From Heptranchias perlo (lineage: Eukaryota), in the NCBI RefSeq assembly GCF_035084215.1, contig NC_090340.1, positions 5,146,001-5,210,000 of the forward strand: 64,000 nt of DNA, read 5' to 3'. The position numbers were made by a program, and so were the translations under genes. Numbering within the stretch: the stretch's first letter is position 1; every line of letters begins with the position of its first letter. Under the pieces are notes generated by a model, which was given only the letters and a program-made list of their open reading frames with translations, was not told the origin of the DNA and made no database searches. Positions 62,411 to 64,000 of this stretch are shown here, one piece after another.

Positions 62411-64000
62411 ACGTTTATTTCCATTTTTCCCTATTGCCCGATTCTAGGGTTAAAGCAGATTCACTGATCCTGCGGAAGCCTTGCTAAGATTACCAGTCCT
62501 ATTGGTTATTTCGCGTTTCACTGATCATTATCCTCCAGCATTTAACCTCCGGTAAATACCTAGAAGATTAGTTTTTAGAGAAGAAGAAACAGAATGTTTG
62601 TAACAACACCCGTATTATCACTGCAGAATGTTCTACGTAAGTTAATACTTAACATCTGCTAATATTCGACCGCCGCCTTCCGGTAAAATGTTTCCTCTTT
62701 TATGAGACGCTCATTATTGCGTCCCTGGTCGCCGTATGTGGAGCTGTAACTCAATCTCACGTGCTCCGTTCCCCCTGCGGTCTGGTCGCAATTCAATCCA
62801 GTAAGTGAATTCCACGATTAGCCCTTTATTGTATTCATCGTTAGCCTGTTTAATACAGTAAGACAAATATTTTAATCAAATGAGCTCTGGCATCGTTGGC
62901 ATTGAAATCAATGCAATGTTTTCACACGCACCATGACAGCTGGGATAGCCTAAACATTTAAAGTGTTACACGTGAGCAATGGATAGACGAAGGTGTTGAG
63001 AAAAATATAGAAATCATCCTCGACTGTGGGGTAAGACATTTGAGATGCTTAGAGATGCATTGTGACAGATTTACCTGTTCTAAATGACTAAAAGTTTATT
63101 TGCTCATGCAGGAAATTTATTGCCACAAGAAATAAGTGGAAGGACTGAAAGACTCTGTGGATTTGGATGATGTTCTCCGTATGTCTGCAGATAATCGTTG
63201 CGTAATGTTGAACAATAAGAATGATTTACTGTACAGTGGACTTTATTTTCCCAGATATCCATTTGCCTGATACTGAAATACCGAGCGTTCGAGGTCGGGG
63301 GTGCGGGGGGGTGGGGGGTGGGGGTCGGTGGTGGCTGCTGAAATGTTGTGAATATTGTAAATTATTGTTTTTGCACACGCGATGTTAAATCAATCAGTCG
63401 GCGAAATCAGGTCATAGGTCATAATTTGTTAGGGATCTATAGTCAGTGTTGCAAGTCATTCATTAAAGCAATTATAGTGTACAGATGCACTAGAAGACTA
63501 AAAATACGATCCTAATCATATAAAATATCATGATGCGGCTTCATACAGTGTTAGTGATATCAATTTTTAAAATAATTACCAATGTCAGGAGGAAGATAAA
63601 TGTCTGCAGTGTTCAAGAAGATAAAAATCTGATCTTCATTTTTTCAGCGATTTTTCTCATCAAACGCCACCCTATCTGCCTCGGTGCAGACGGCAGAAGA
63701 GTAGTTCATATATTGTTCTATGAGCGTGACATTTCCATTCGTCACATGACACATAGTTGACAAGTTGCAGATAACGCTGAATTGTGGATGAACTTTTTAT
63801 TTTTGGAAATTGAGTTGAGGTCATCTCCTTCAAGTTGCATCCAATTCTGAGGCATGTGCCGAATTGGAGTTGAGATTATAGGTTGAAATAATGTTCTAAT
63901 CCTTTCTATAAGCAGTACACATTCAGTTTAATTTATTTATTTTTCCCTGTATCCCCACTGTAGGTTTGAAACAGAATCTCTGTTCCTGGGGAAACGTAGC

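Overview
Eukaryotic vertebrate DNA, very probably from a cartilaginous fish. This is inferred from the repeat landscape: abundant CR1 LINEs with esterase-type ORF1, Deu-domain tRNA-SINEs, and Penelope and L2 fragments; the species cannot be assigned. More than half of the window is transposable-element debris, including multi-level nested CR1 insertions. Embedded in it, both on the minus strand, are two tandem paralogous immunoglobulin-superfamily receptor genes that I reconstructed exon by exon from GT-AG sites and reading phase. Each has the layout leader / V-set with a germline-joined J-like G strand / one C1-set domain / uncharged TM / cytoplasmic exons. Gene B (45464->28109, 7 exons, 368 aa) is intact and ends in a SIRPalpha-like tail with four Tyr motifs (APYAAV, TVYAQT, LTYASL, TEYAQL). 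Gene A (7336->2239, 6 exons, about 286 aa) has an intact ectodomain and TM but appears to have lost its signalling tail to a stop codon at the position of the ITIM tyrosine. Together they look like part of a non-rearranging, antigen-receptor-shaped (VJ-C1) inhibitory/decoy receptor cluster. Exon coordinates were counted by hand; repeat boundaries are approximate. Nothing was checked against databases or transcripts.
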